NCBI GenBank assembly: GCA_964016885.1
Contig: OZ024745.1
Location: 65,906,001-65,970,000 of the forward strand
Direction: 5' to 3'
From: Eledone cirrhosa
Lineage: Eukaryota
DNA: 64,000 nt
Within the stretch, counting starts at the first letter, position 1; every line of letters begins with the position of its first letter. The notes beneath the pieces are model-generated. The model did no database searches. It saw only the letters and a program-made list of their open reading frames with translations, and was not told the origin of the DNA. A program made the position numbers and the translations under genes. Shown here in pieces: positions 12,022 through 26,380 of the stretch.

Positions 12022-15000
12022 ATATGTATATATGTATATATATATATGTATATATGTATATATATATATATAAATATTGTAAAGAGTTAGTGCTTGATGG
12101 CTGAGCTCACGATGTTTTGACGGCCAATGGACATTCATTTGGCGTAGAAACAGGATAAGCTCATCCGTCGGGTATTAGCTCATTACAATACATACACTCT
12201 ACTTTGCCAAGTATTATCTTAACATAGTCTTTCTAATCTAAACTGGGAAGTGGCAATATATCTATCTATGGATATGTGAGAATTTCGCAATATTTATTTA
12301 AAGCTTAATATGTAACAATAACAGATATTGTCTATATATAGTAATTCATGTTAGTACGAAGGAATGATTCCCCCTCAAGAATATTAAATATATCCTAGAA
12401 TAATATGGGTGATGAACAGTTTTCTTTTTTTTTTTTTTTGAATCATTTGTATATCCATGCTAACGTTTTCTCACATATCCAAACTCTTAGGTGATATTCG
12501 TGTATATAAACACAATACACACTCATTTCTACATGACCAACACACAGAGACACATATATAAATGTTTACAAAAGTGCATACATACGTAACTACATATATA
12601 CATACATACAGAAATCTATATTTGTGTGTGTGTGTGCACCGCTAAAGGCACAAGGGGCTTTTAAATATGTATTTAAAATAATAGTATGAAAGTACGTAAT
12701 CGGTCGATATTTCCTTGGTAATTATTAGATGTAGTGAAACGAACAGCAAGAAAGATTGAAAGAAAGATATCGACAGAATGGGATGAATTATATACAAAGA
12801 AATAAAGACAGTGAAAAAACGAAACAGTGAAAACATGAAAATATAAAAGGGAGAAACAAAAATCTATTAATTGTTATTTAATGAAAATTTCAGAAACATT
12901 TAACATCAATGATATTCATCTTAAAGAAACCCTTCTTATGAGTGAAGACCAAAATAAAACCAACAATGATAACAAACCCGATACCATGGAGCCACCTAGG
13001 CGGATAATTGACATCAGCTTCCGTATTTCAGACTGTGCAATTTAAAGTTTACTCCCACAATATCAAATTTCGGTGTATCTCTGTGGTCATTCATTTCATT
13101 AATTCCATTCATTCTATTTATTCAATACATCCATACATCCCGTTTCATATAAAAACATGGGTTGTGCATATTTGCTTTAGAAGTAGATCAAAATGAATAG
13201 CTTAATAGTATGTCCACTAGCGTTAATAGCAAAACGATAGTGGCTGTAGTTTAAAGTAAAATCATATTAGTAGGATACCTGCTCACACCTACCCATATAT
13301 TGAAGCACTACACACGTACACACATACACATATTAACCCACACATTCACTCACACACACATTTACTCACACATACTAACACACATATATCTATTTATATC
13401 AGACGACAGTACGGCATTATCCGGGATATAAAACAATCTGTTTATTACCATATGTCTTTAATGCTAATGGTAATCTTGTATGAATTTATTATTTCAAACA
13501 CATTATTAATAGCATTCGGAAAGAAAACCGTTCTTTTGACTTCTGAAAATTATACTTGCATTTCGATAACCACCATAAAAGAAAATACAACAAACGCATA
13601 ACATTACAATCCAATCAATATACATATGTTATATATACAATATATACAATTATTGATATGTGGTAAATTGGAGCAATAATCTTCCACCAGTTAAACTTCA
13701 TAAGATTTTAGCTTTTGTTCCTATTTTTCTTTTTTAAACTTTGGCGAATTCGAATCTTTAAATAAATAAAACAATATATATATTAAATAAACTATATGAG
13801 TTATTGAAGCTCTGAGAGGGCTTAAATATAAAAATCCAGAAACATGTGTCTGACGTTTTCACACGCTTCAAACATTCATACATAGTCTTATATATTATTT
13901 AGTGTACATAAACATATTATATATGCCTTCCTATATACCTATATTACATTAACATCATGCCCCTATATATATATAACGACTTCACACAGTGGACCAGCAT
14001 CCACATGCATATTTGTACATATATCTGTGCTGACACTCACACACACACAAACACGTACATATGTTTGCACACATGACCTTGAAATATGTGAACAGATCAA
14101 CTCAGATTAACCTCCATTACATACAAAAATAAAAGTTTGTTTGTTCGACGCCTCGATATACTTATCGTCGGTTTCCAGCAGAATATAACGCCTAATTGCA
14201 TTAAATATACAAACTAGCATGGTACATGTATACCCTTTATTCATGTATACCCTCGTTTATTTGGATTAAAAAGTAACAACAAATAACATTAAATCTACCG
14301 AGCGAATGCGAAACTTCTACGTTGTCAGTAATACATTCTCTCATCCATCACACACCATCGTTTTAAGAAAAAAAGAGAAGAGAAAATTAGGATGATACTG
14401 TTTGAGGAAAAATGTCTCAAAAGATGTGATGATCACGGATAGTCTTCTGGTGATGTGTTCTCATGATCAGAGTTGGTTGACGTTGAATAACACGCTTGTC
14501 ATTGTGTTTGAATTACAAATATATACTTATCATCAGAAAGGAATTTTTACTATGCAGCAGAATGTAAATACTACCTTGGGTAACTTATTGTTATTAGCTT
14601 CGATTCTGTTTTCATAATTAACCAGGTGATGTTTAAACAATAATAACAACGTGTGTATGATATGCATCTTATTTCCACCATTGTAGGAACATATCTGAAA
14701 GTTTTAAAAATATCGTATGCATTAATTTATGGTTATTTGCATTCATAGTTTCAATATTTCAAAATTATTTAGAAAGGTTGCCTATTACCATATAAGAAAT
14801 ATATTTCATTCATGGGTGTTATTTTTAGAAGAAATTAAAAACTGCTATTCTGGTTTCGTCTCCCTCCCATTAGATGAATCAATCTTATTTTGCAAGACTA
14901 TCATATATTTCAAATCTTCCCTTTCTACATATTTCAACAATATAAGACACACTTTCTACATGAGGTCAAGTATAGTTAACACATTTCCTTCTCCTTCGGT

Positions 15001-15038
15001 TAGAGAACGTTCGCAGTTTTAAACACGCATTAATCATT

Positions 15039-15092
<54 letters not shown>

Positions 15093-15953
15093 TGATATTT
15101 ATTTTATTTTATTGATTTCATCAATAGGATGAAAGGCAAAGTCGATGCAAGTAGATATTTCGAAAACATTATAGGAACGTACTGCACTACTTATATGTCA
15201 TAATATCTCGTCTTGAGATTTACTGTTCTCATTCATCTTCAGGCAATCGAGATATTAACAATTTACAAATAAATATGAAACAAACCTATAAATAGAGGGA
15301 TGGTAAATGATGGGTGGTCATACCAGGTCAATATAAAGTAATATGGACTAAATACGTATATCTATAACTATACGTCTTACGTAGATCTTAATGAATCTTT
15401 AGGTCGGCATAGGAACCTTTGCCTTTATAACATCTTAGGTCAGTCAGATGGAGCCCACCTGACAACCAAAAACTGAACATGTATTCCAGAGAGTGCTTGT
15501 AGAGAATACCACTATTCTACTAAGTTTACCTTAGTATATGTATAATCGTAAGCATACACATGGGGATAAGCCATTATCACTATCATCATCATCACCATCA
15601 TCATCATCTGTATCTATCATTCTCTGTGACTGGTAAAGATTGTTAGCAGTGTTCAGCATATGTTAAACCTTTATACTATTCATACAAACCATTTTGAAAC
15701 GAATATAATTAAGTTTGCGACACAACCATTACATACTTCTCTCCTGCTATTGAATTATGCCTTCCTTTATACTACTGATATTACGCGCAGCTTTGGATTA
15801 AACTAGTGCGGAGATTGTTGCATATGTTCTATGATGGCTACACTCGATCATGGTCGATCTGGAATTAAACAACAGCTTGCACGTAAAATCTCTCTCCCAA
15901 ATACAAATATATTAAGACTTAAGACATTGAGACACACGCTCGTACGCACACAT

Positions 15954-16141
<188 letters not shown>

Positions 16142-16481
16142 GTAATAAAATGAAAACGAAATTTCATTTCTTAGTACGGCACTTACATAAATGTAAGTAT
16201 GTATGTATACGTACATACATATATGTATACAGACGTAAAATAACATGCATATATATATATATACATATATACATACAGGTACACAGACATATATGTACGC
16301 ATAAGTTTAGCGGACGCTTATTATAGCGCCCGCTTTGTTCATTTGTAAACAAACTGAACAGCCTGAATTTATGCCGCACGGTGTTAAGGCAACCACGTCA
16401 AGAAGTGAGAAATGAAATTTCGTTTTCATTTTATTACAACTCATCGTTTTCGGTGCGCCTGACCGATTTAACTCACTCGAT

Positions 16482-16489
16482 ATGCAAAT
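16482..16489 (+). promoter_or_regulatory. octamer motif ATGCAAAT in the retrozyme unit (also 16942-16949, 63798-63805, and minus strand 63484-63491)
   Basis: exact octamer conserved in both diverged subfamilies. Confidence 0.45.
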
Positions 16490-16562
16490 TAGGCTGCTCA
16501 GCCGTTAATTTTCATAAGGAAAGTATATACTTTCGAACGTTCAACTATCTGGCAGATGGGTA

Positions 16563-16607
16563 AACGGTGCTGATGATAGCTAACAAGCTTGAAACTAGTA
16601 CATCGTT
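16563..16607 (+). ncRNA. minimal type I hammerhead ribozyme, predicted cleavage after 16600
   Basis: AACGGUG-CUGAUGA-UAGCU aaca AGCUU-GAAA-CUAG-UA-CAUCGUU; canonical core, palindromic stem III. Confidence 0.9.
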
Positions 16608-17022
16608 CCTGTGTCAGTGTTGAACAAAAAGGTGACGTGGTTGCCTTAACACCGTGCGGCATAAATTCAGGCTGTTCAGTTTGTTTACAAATGAACAAAG
16701 CGGGCGCTATAATAAGCGTCCGCTAAACTTATGCGTACATATATGTCTGTGTACCTGTATGTATATATGTATATATATATATATGCATGTTATTTTACGT
16801 CTGTATACATATATGTATGTACGTATACATACATACTTACATTTATGTAAGTGCCGTACTAAGAGTGAGAAATGAAATTTCGTTTTCATTTTATTACAAC
16901 TCATCGTTTTCGGTGCGCCTGACCGATTTAACTCACTCGATATGCAAATTAGGCTGCTCAGCCGTTAATTTTCATAAGGAAAGTATATACTTTCGAACGT
17001 TCAACTATCTGGCAGATGGGTA

Positions 17023-17067
17023 AACGGTGCTGATGATAGCTAACAAGCTTGAAACTAGTACATCGTT
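17023..17067 (+). ncRNA. minimal type I hammerhead ribozyme, second tandem copy
   Basis: identical to 16563-16607, 460 bp downstream. Confidence 0.9.
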
Positions 17068-17295
17068 CCTGTGTCAGTGTTGAACAAAAAGGTGACGTGG
17101 TTGCCTTAACACCGTGCGGCATAAATTCAGGCTGTTCAGTTTGTTTACAAATGAACAAAGCGGGCGCTATAATAAGCGTCCGCTAAACTTATGCGTACAT
17201 ATATGTCTGTGTACCTGTATGTATATATGTATATATATATATATGCATGTTATTTTACGTCTGTATACATATATGTATGTACGTATACATACATA

Positions 17296-17376
<81 letters not shown>

Positions 17377-18474
17377 GTTTGTGTGTATGTATGTGTCTCT
17401 GGGGGTTAAGAGAGAAAGGAAATGAATGCGAAAATAGAAAGATAATACAGAAAAGACAGAAGAGACATGTACATAGAAGATGAGAATTATATTTTCAGCT
17501 TTAAATTTCAATTCAACGCCTACCATCTTCGTTATTTTTTTTTATTAATTTTACGTTATTAGGTTACACACATTATTAGGTTACGTGTGTGCGCATGTAA
17601 AGATTAAACTATGGCTATTTCGATTAACAATTTATTTATTACAAGCCAGATGTTATGGTACTAAGTTCAAGATATATATGATTGGGTACCAGAATTACAA
17701 CACGAAGAAACCTACAAAATTTGCAATTGAATACCTATATATCCTCCTAAATAAAACATCATTTTCATTTCCAATGAATCAACGTATCTTCTCAATAAGT
17801 AAGAAAATGACATTCAAACATCTTAGAAACCATATGTTATTTCATTGCTACTTCACACACATCGTCAGAGGCAAGTATTGTTGTTCATTAAAATTAGACA
17901 TATATAATATGGAGGTTTATTTGATAAAGAATGCATCATCAAAATCAGCACTTTAATTGGTGATAAAGAGAAATATATTAATGTTATACTTCATTGTAAG
18001 TTATCTCATATAATAGAGAGAGCTTTTAAGAACGTATTCTTGTTTTTTTTAATCATAAAGATAGCAGTTTGACTAAATATGATAGAGAACCTTAGACCGG
18101 GAAAGGATCAAGCCATCGAAAATGAGTAAATAAACTGTTATAATGTTTAAATCCTAACGGCAATACGCTAATATTATGTCCAAATATACATGCCATAAAA
18201 TATCTAGAGCTGATATAAAATATGTAGATTTATATATAAAATCGATTTACTGGAGAATTAGCTCAACAGTACATATCCCAGTATCTAAGTGCATCAGCTA
18301 TGGAGACGGAAGTTTTGATTGTATGTAATCTGTTAGTGTATTTACACATATACTAATGTTGAGGAATTCGAATGTCTGTATTCTGTGAAAAAAAACATTT
18401 ATTAGGATTTAAAACTTTTAGAAAGTCTGTTTCATTCTGAAGTAGAATGCTCGATTATAAGTTCAAAACATCTA

Positions 18475-18613
<139 letters not shown>

Positions 18614-18654
18614 GCACACACACACACACACACACACATACATATAATTATATA

Positions 18655-18875
18655 TAGAGTCTTCGGTGCTGAGACCGAGGAGATCACTAATCATTGGAGT
18701 ACTCAATGTATGGGGAGATGCAGAGTGGGTATAGATATAGGTAAAATCCCGACCGCGGCACCAAGTGGTTTCCTCTTGTATGTTCAGCAAGCGTTTCCAA
18801 CGGTGAACGGTGTAGGCTGAAAACACAAGCCGAAACTGCTTGGTGCTGCGGTTGGGATTTTACATATCTCTCTAT
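18655..18875 (-). mobile_element. fold-back PLE-end fragment related to 4577-4768
   Basis: imperfect inverted repeat 18741-18863 with GAAAC..GCG-GUC-GGGA; shares ATTGAGTACT with the 4577 element. Confidence 0.5.
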
Positions 18876-19329
18876 ATAGGATTACATATAATTCATGAAT
18901 CCATAACTAACTCTTGATTTTTCGCACGCGAGGTATTACAATAATGTTTATGGAATACCTACCTCCTACGTGTAAGTGAAATATGATGCTTTACAATGCG
19001 AGAAAAATGTTTCAAAAGAATTATAGCCCAATGTGCTATGAATTAGATGAGCCGAAAAACAGAGGCCTGGATGAGCCCTCACGTCTTTCTAGAAATATAA
19101 CTAAATCTTTGTATATTCACTGTTTTAAGACAGGTGACTAAGTAAAATAATATAATTTTTCATGCTATATTTCTGAAATATAACGCCTTTGATCATATTT
19201 TTTCTCAGTCAAACCTGGGGCTAAACAAGAAGGACATATTATATCACAGACATTTGAAAAATAAGAATTCTGATCAGCATGAGACTTGGATTAATAAATT
19301 TCATGAATACTGCAGTTAATACTGTACTT

Positions 19330-19505
19330 ATATCCTCATTAGTCCCATTGCATTTCCACTCCTCAAAAGCACAATTGTTTGCCCTTTTCTGAATGGTATT
19401 GAATACCACACGTGATTCCATTTCAATTTCAACTATTATCTGGACGTCACGTTCAATATGCTTCAATCTCATTTTGGGAAACATGACGAAGTCACAGGTT
19501 GACAA
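19330..19505 (-). pseudogene. mariner transposase C-terminal relic
   Basis: CDFVMFPKMR..IVEI..F..IQK..CAFEEWK resembles the mariner PCDFFLFPKLK..WK tail. Confidence 0.65.
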
Positions 19506-22500
19506 GATAAATGTTTGGAAAATTTCCTATTCAGCCATGTTGCCTGTTGATGGAGTAAATTTTGTTTAATTAAAATCCCCCTGTTCTATTGTAATTAATG
19601 CAAAACACATGATGTCAAATTTTAGATAGACGCTAGAAAGCACAACATAACGAACAAATGGGAAAGGGAAAATATACTTTGAATTTCGATATTGAAGTTA
19701 TCTCATATCATGTACAATTTGAACTTTAGTTCTATATTATTACTATATTTTGTTCTGGGTAAATATGTTTGAAATAAATAGGATTCCACATATGGAAATA
19801 CTTGTATATTTCCTGTAATCCTTCTATTAATTTTCTAAAGTTTAGTAGTCGTATTGGATATTACAATGTCACAAGAACTAACATTGATTGGAGAAAGCAA
19901 ATTATAAAACATAACATTTATGTATTTCTGAAGGCGATTAGTGATAAAGGCAAAATGGCTATAACATAGAATGGAAGCTGATTAAAAAATGCTTTTTGTT
20001 GGCAATTATCTCTTTTAGCAATATTTAGCAATAAACAGGATATGTCTTTCATAGAATATTGTATGCGATTCCGTAGCAAGTCGGCAATATAATTATAGAA
20101 GGTATTTTAAAGGATTCATATAAGTGATATGAAATAAGTTGCTTAATTAGACGATTCATTAATAACCATATTGAATATTATATGGTTTATTGACACATTA
20201 AATGTCTTTTAGCCTAAAATCATGTATACATATTAGTGCAAACTAGCCGTCTGCTGCATTCGATCACTGGCAAGATATCAGATCCTCTACATTTAGGTTA
20301 CAGGCTGTTTCTAAGGAGTTTGAATATATTTCATAATGGTTCCTAAATTTGGCAACGGACCGAATTTATTAATTGGGCTATACAAAGTGGTGTAAGATGT
20401 ACAGTCGATTAAATGAATCAAGTATATCTCTGGCGCTTATTTTATCGACTACAAAGGAAAAAGTAAACAGTCACGATGGAATTTGAACTAAAAAAGTTGA
20501 GCTAAAAAGCTGAATACCTCAGGTCAATTGAATGAGTAACATGTCACTTTCACCATCTAGATTTTCACATCTTACTTGAATTCTTAATTTAATTCCTCCA
20601 TGGAATGAGGATGGAAAAGACATATGGATATTTATCAAATTCCAGAGTTATCTCACTCTTTTTAAGGAAACCTATCCTTGGTTTACCTCCACCGCTTTCT
20701 GTTTGGTTTTAGCCATGTCAGTGCTGTGGCCGTACTCAACAGGCTTGGCAAATTGCAGGTTAGTGAGGATATTTAACCCAATGGTGGGGTGGATGGCCGT
20801 TGACTCTGAGGAGTTCATGCAACAGTTTTATAGATATTGCTGTTTGTGCTGCTGGAGTTCCACTTACTCTCCTCACCAGAGCAGAGTCTTGTGGGTGATC
20901 TGACTTAGTCGTTGACCTCTCAGCCAGGTTGTACTGGGTTACATGGTACCAGTGGCAAGCAGAGGCCTGATCTGACATATATACAGATATTATTTAATAT
21001 TAAATCAAAATCCCTTTTTAACAAAGAAGCCAACAAATTAAGCATGTTGTCAGGATAAGATAATCACTTTTGTAGATTTCCGTTAGAGGGCCTGTTCTTT
21101 ATGTATAATGTCTTATATAATAACATTTACTCTTTCTAATTGGATATACTATACGTCGATTATTTATGAATTTATGAATAATGTTGAAGGGCTTACTAAG
21201 ATAGTAATTTAACATATGATTGTTACATTAAGTTATGGTGAAAGATATTAATTTAAATAGGACCCCTTTAAAATTGCTCGTATTCTTTTATAGAACCACA
21301 GTCAGTTTTAGTCGGATTGCTTTCAAAAGTGTTTATGATTTGTTCACATTCTTATGTTAAATTTTCCTCATAAACAGCAAAATGAAGTACAATAATTCTC
21401 TGTACAAGAAACCTTAAGTATATCTGGGCGGAGTGATTGGTATGAAGCAAATGAAATATTTGTGGAAGTGGATGTTAGTGTATACATTTAATATTTATCG
21501 TAATATTTTGACAGAGAAAATGTGCATGATGACTGCTTTGTAATGGGTAATGAATATACCGACATAGGAAAGAAAGAGGAAATATCTATTTGAACATTTG
21601 AATTACTGACATTTTACCACGACATGATAATAGCCTAGGATATGAATACTAAAAGATTAGCAAAACGAAGATCTTATATCATGAAAAGAATTGGAATCAC
21701 AAGAACTTTCTAATCAAGTGCGAAACCTTATGAAATAAATCTGTAGATGACATCTATGAAATAGAACTTATTTAGAAGATAGAGAAAGTAGATATATAGT
21801 GAAATATATAAGACACATTGAGCTCTTAGATTTCTTAACACGGAAATTAGCCTTAAGTCAGGCACAGTTAAATGTGATACTGTGCAACAGCTACACGTAG
21901 ATATAGACTAATCAATCAGTGTTCTTTAGTTTAACTGCATAATAACTGTAACTCGCTAATTGACTATTTATTCCCCAGGAAAGATTCATTGGGTATATAC
22001 GTCAATCGCTTTTCTTAACAGTGGCAGGCCATGCGATGATTCACGTGATCATCTCTGGCTCATAGCATGTAGTCATTTGGCAAGTCATTTGACGACTAAT
22101 TTACAAACGCTGGTTGTATGGGGAAGATAGAACGAATCTTACATTATACTCAAGCATAAACTACGCGAAGATAGACTTCCTTATCTGGCAAAACAACAAT
22201 GATTAAACGCTGAATCAATCCTAAATTGCCAAGCTGAATCAACAATTGTACGTAGAACTTAAATGAACTTTGAGACATCGTTGATTTAAGTTTGGAAATT
22301 TCCCAATAGAGGCTCAAGGCTATTTTAAAAATATTCGGCGTAAACTAAATCAGACAATAATATAGCATTCACAACCATTATTAGTAATTAAATATAATCA
22401 ATCTTGGGTATTTTCTTTTGTGTATCACCACCTAGTTTAGTTCTTAATTAGGTCATTGTTTTGCGATCGTTTCAGGAGCTTTATTGACCATCATATATTA

Positions 22501-22559
22501 ATATAGTGACTAATCAATAGTAGTTATGTAACTCCATATCATGAGATTCATCTAACGGT

Positions 22560-22870
22560 CTTCGTTAGCAACAATGGTAGTGGCGTGCTGGTGAGTTATT
22601 ATCAATGAGGTAGCAGATTAGTTGTGGTTCTGCTTATCAAATCATTCACAACGAGCCCCATTTCTTTTAAGTGTGTTCGAGATGGGTGCCAAGCGAGCTT
22701 ATCGCAGAGCACAAGCGGAAATATGTTGAGGTCTTCCAACGTTTACTTGAGCCCGCTACAACAATGACGGCGAATAAACTTTGATCATAATAGTCACAGA
22801 ATATGAAACGTTGTTCCATCACTATGAGCCAGAATTAAAAAGACAGAGTATGGAGTGGAAATATCTTGAT
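22560..22870 (+). pseudogene. mariner transposase relic
   Basis: translates, with frameshifts, to RWVPSEL..EHKRK..IVT..ET..HHYEPELKRQSMEWK. Confidence 0.7.
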
Positions 22871-23157
22871 GCAAACTGCAAGCAGAGCGGCCATGTTTAC
22901 ACTGTAACATGACCCAGAAATCTGGTGTGATCAAGCTCAAACAAGATCACAATCGTATCAATTATAAGCACGCATGAGCAGAGGACAGTGACAAAGCTAA
23001 ACATGAGCTTTGATTTTACTTTTGTTAGGGCGGTGGATTAGCAGAATCGGTAGAGCATCGGACAACATTCTTCGTGGCATATCACATGAAATACCAATAT
23101 ACGTAATCAAACAGTATATTAAACTTCAATACAATATAATACTTATATATATATACT

Positions 23158-23733
<576 letters not shown>

Positions 23734-23741
<8 letters not shown>

Positions 23742-23975
23742 TAAAATAACAGATTAAAGTTTAAGCAAAGAATCGCTGCTTTCACCCTTAACGGGATCTT
23801 CTGAAACTCGTTAGTTTCAGAAGATCCCGTTAAGGGTGAAAGCAGCGATTCTTTGCTTAAACTTTAATCTGTTATTTTAATAAATATTTGCTCTACGGTT
23901 CTTATATATTTGATATATATTTATCCTTATCGAGCCCTCTTTGGATTTTAGTCTTCAAATTTATTATTATTACTA
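23734..23975 (+). mobile_element. fold-back pLTR fragment of Naiad family A (palindrome 23734-23887)
   Basis: 75-bp perfect arms with 4-nt spacer; each arm carries the CAGAAGA hammerhead core; the remainder matches 59190-59283. Confidence 0.85.
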
Positions 23976-24039
23976 TATATATATGTATAATAATAATAAA
24001 ATGTGGAGAGGAAGCACACGAGTTAGGATGTATATATAT

Positions 24040-24967
24040 ATATATATGAAAACAGGGAGAAAGAGACGATTATGAGGAAGAAAAATATTTTATTTTCCTT
24101 TTTTGTTTCTCTCTCTCTCTTTTCTGGGTTAGAAAATGATTAAAATGAAATGTTTTACTTTGTGTGAAGTGTTAAGGTTTTAGTTGATTTATTTATTATT
24201 ATTTTCCCCATTTAGAAATTCATAGACAACGATACTTTCATCCAACGTATCAATAAGGAAACACATTTCATTAATAAATTTAAACCACTACTCAATGCCC
24301 TAAAAATCGGACCAATCTAAAACTGCAACAAACCATCAAACATTTTTACAAAAGTTACCTCCCTCACACCCTACCTAATCCTTTTTCTTAAATAAATTAA
24401 ATATCACCCAGCAAGAATTGCTTCCCACTGCATATTAACTCTCTAAAAAGGGAAATCATATTAAACCTCAGTCCACCATTTGCCTCCATCACGGAACCAT
24501 GGTTCAACTAAGCACTCTTGCTATATTAACACATTTTGATCTTCTTAACTTCAATGACTGTGCTTGTAAATAACATTATTTTTTCTTCCACATTGACTTT
24601 TTACGTTCCACATTATGCACGTTTTTTTTTCCTTTTTCTTTTTTCTTTTAACTTCTTAAACCTTGTTTGTAAATAACATTATTCTTTCTGCACCTTCTGT
24701 TTAACATGTGCGAAACCACACTAATACATTTCACTATCATTTGATAATGCATATAAATGCTGAAACCGGTAATAGACAATAATTAAATATATAAATAGAT
24801 AAATAAATGCCATTGTTAAATAATAAATATATCAACTAATACCTTAACACTTCACACAAAGTAAAACATTTCATTTTAATCATTTTCTAACCCTGAAAAA
24901 AGAGAGAGAAAAACAAAAAATGAAAAAAAAAAAATGTTCTTGCTCATAATCGTCTCTTTCTCCCTGT

Positions 24968-24975
<8 letters not shown>
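24040..24975 (+). mobile_element. truncated PLE 3' end with inverted terminal copy and U3-A8 hammerhead (24734-24775)
   Basis: 24040-24180 is inverted relative to 24840-24975; decayed GIY-YIG-like tail at about 24400-24570; UUGAUAA-UGCAU auaa AUGCU-GAAA-CCGG-UA-AUAG. Confidence 0.6.
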
Positions 24976-25051
<76 letters not shown>

Positions 25052-25053
<2 letters not shown>

Positions 25054-25258
25054 TAAAAAGTGGGTTTTATTTTACAAAATGAAAAATAACCAAGGTGTGC
25101 TACACGAGTGAAAGTATAAAGAAAAAAAGATGAAATCGAAAACGCAACTGGAGTCTTATTTAAAAAAATATATATATATTTATTTGGTCCCTTTACCGGT
25201 TTCGCAGTTCTTCTGCTTTTCAAAAGTAGAGTTGAGATGGAGGGTCTGTGTTTTTCCT
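25052..25258 (-). mobile_element. solo pLTR of the Neptune-type PLE (hammerhead 25191-25226)
   Basis: near-identical to 48890-49096. Confidence 0.85.
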
Positions 25259-25399
25259 CTTATATATATATATGAATGACTACCCTCCCTACGGACAACT
25301 GACGCTGCACAGCAGGTCCGTACACAGAAGAGCCGAACTCCCACTGTCATCGCCTCCATCTCTCTGTATTATGAGCAAATGAAATCCCACGTGTTGGCC

Positions 25400-25625
25400 G
25401 CCCCACGGCCCCGGCGGACAGAATAGAGAAGGCATTTCCTCAGAGGGTTGTAACGAAGATGCGCTAGAAGAGCCATTCCATCTCCCGAGACTGACATCTG
25501 TGGTTAGCCAGCTCAGTGCCTACGGTGGTAAATAGGGAGATAGCCTTAGGGCCAGGGACACTAGAAGTCTCCAATGCTAGGAGCTCGACTGCAAACCTGT
25601 CGGAGGGTGACCGATACTTGAAGAA
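25400..25625 (-). mobile_element. diverged 3' fragment of a CRE-like LINE
   Basis: reverse complement aligns by eye with 34820-35045 (e.g. CTCCGACAGGTTTG, GCCTTCTCTATTCTGTCCGCCGGGGC). Confidence 0.8.
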
Positions 25626-26159
25626 AGATATGATATGACAAAAATGCAGATAATTTTTTATTTACCCTCGTACGTTATAATTTTACAAGCTAACCCAGTA
25701 GAATATCCATGGTTGTTTGAAACATTATTATCTCAATACAGTATCACTTATCATTATCATAATTTATGGTATTGTTTGGATACTTCTTCATATGCAATGG
25801 GATTTAATGATAGTGCTTCCTCATTCCCATCTTTGCTTATTAATACAAACCTTTTTACCAAACACATCAGTTCATTTACCAGCCTTAGATAATATAACAC
25901 ATAACTGTTCATGATTAAGCCGTATCCATACTAAGTAACTTCCTATATTTTTAAATGTTTCACCAATTGTCATTGAAATCAAAGGGTTCTGTTTAGCAGA
26001 CGGCAATAAATTTCCTTAAGACGCATGCGCTAAATAATTGATAATTAAAAACTAACATAAATGTTAGTAAATGAACAATAAACTAGTTCCTGATTTTCCC
26101 TCCCTTCTTTCCACAACCATGAATACCACCTCCAGCAACCAACATTTCTACCGATAATA

Positions 26160-26380
26160 GGTGTTTCTACTTTAGGCACAAGGCCAGCAATTTTAAAGGG
26201 AGGGGAAAGTCGATTAAATCGAACCCAGTGCATTACTGGTGCTTTATTTTATCGACCTTGTAATGATAAAACGGAAAGCTAACCTCGGCGGGATTTGAAC
26301 TCAGAACGTAAAGGGCCATAACTCTATGTTGCAAAGCCTGGTGTCTGACGCTCTACCGATACTGCCTATCCACTGCCGTA
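26160..26380 (-). mobile_element. tRNA-SINE copy
   Basis: reverse complement of the family at 9214-9410. Confidence 0.85.

Larger units (their letters stand above)
16138..17299 (+). mobile_element. non-coding hammerhead-containing tandem element (retrozyme-like), 460-bp unit, about 2 direct copies plus an upstream inverted partial copy
   Basis: 16404-16863 repeated essentially identically at 16864-17299; 16138-16400 is an inverted copy of part of the array; (TA)n at both ends; no meaningful ORF. Confidence 0.88.

Noticed and set aside
13810-13856. CTGAGAGG..GAAACATGTGTC hammerhead-like string
   Set aside because: The core and stem I do not fit; at best a heavily decayed copy.
20640-20980. 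Possible RTE 5'-region relic (also 62600-63030)
   Set aside because: Resemblance from memory only; no clear protein motif to support a call.
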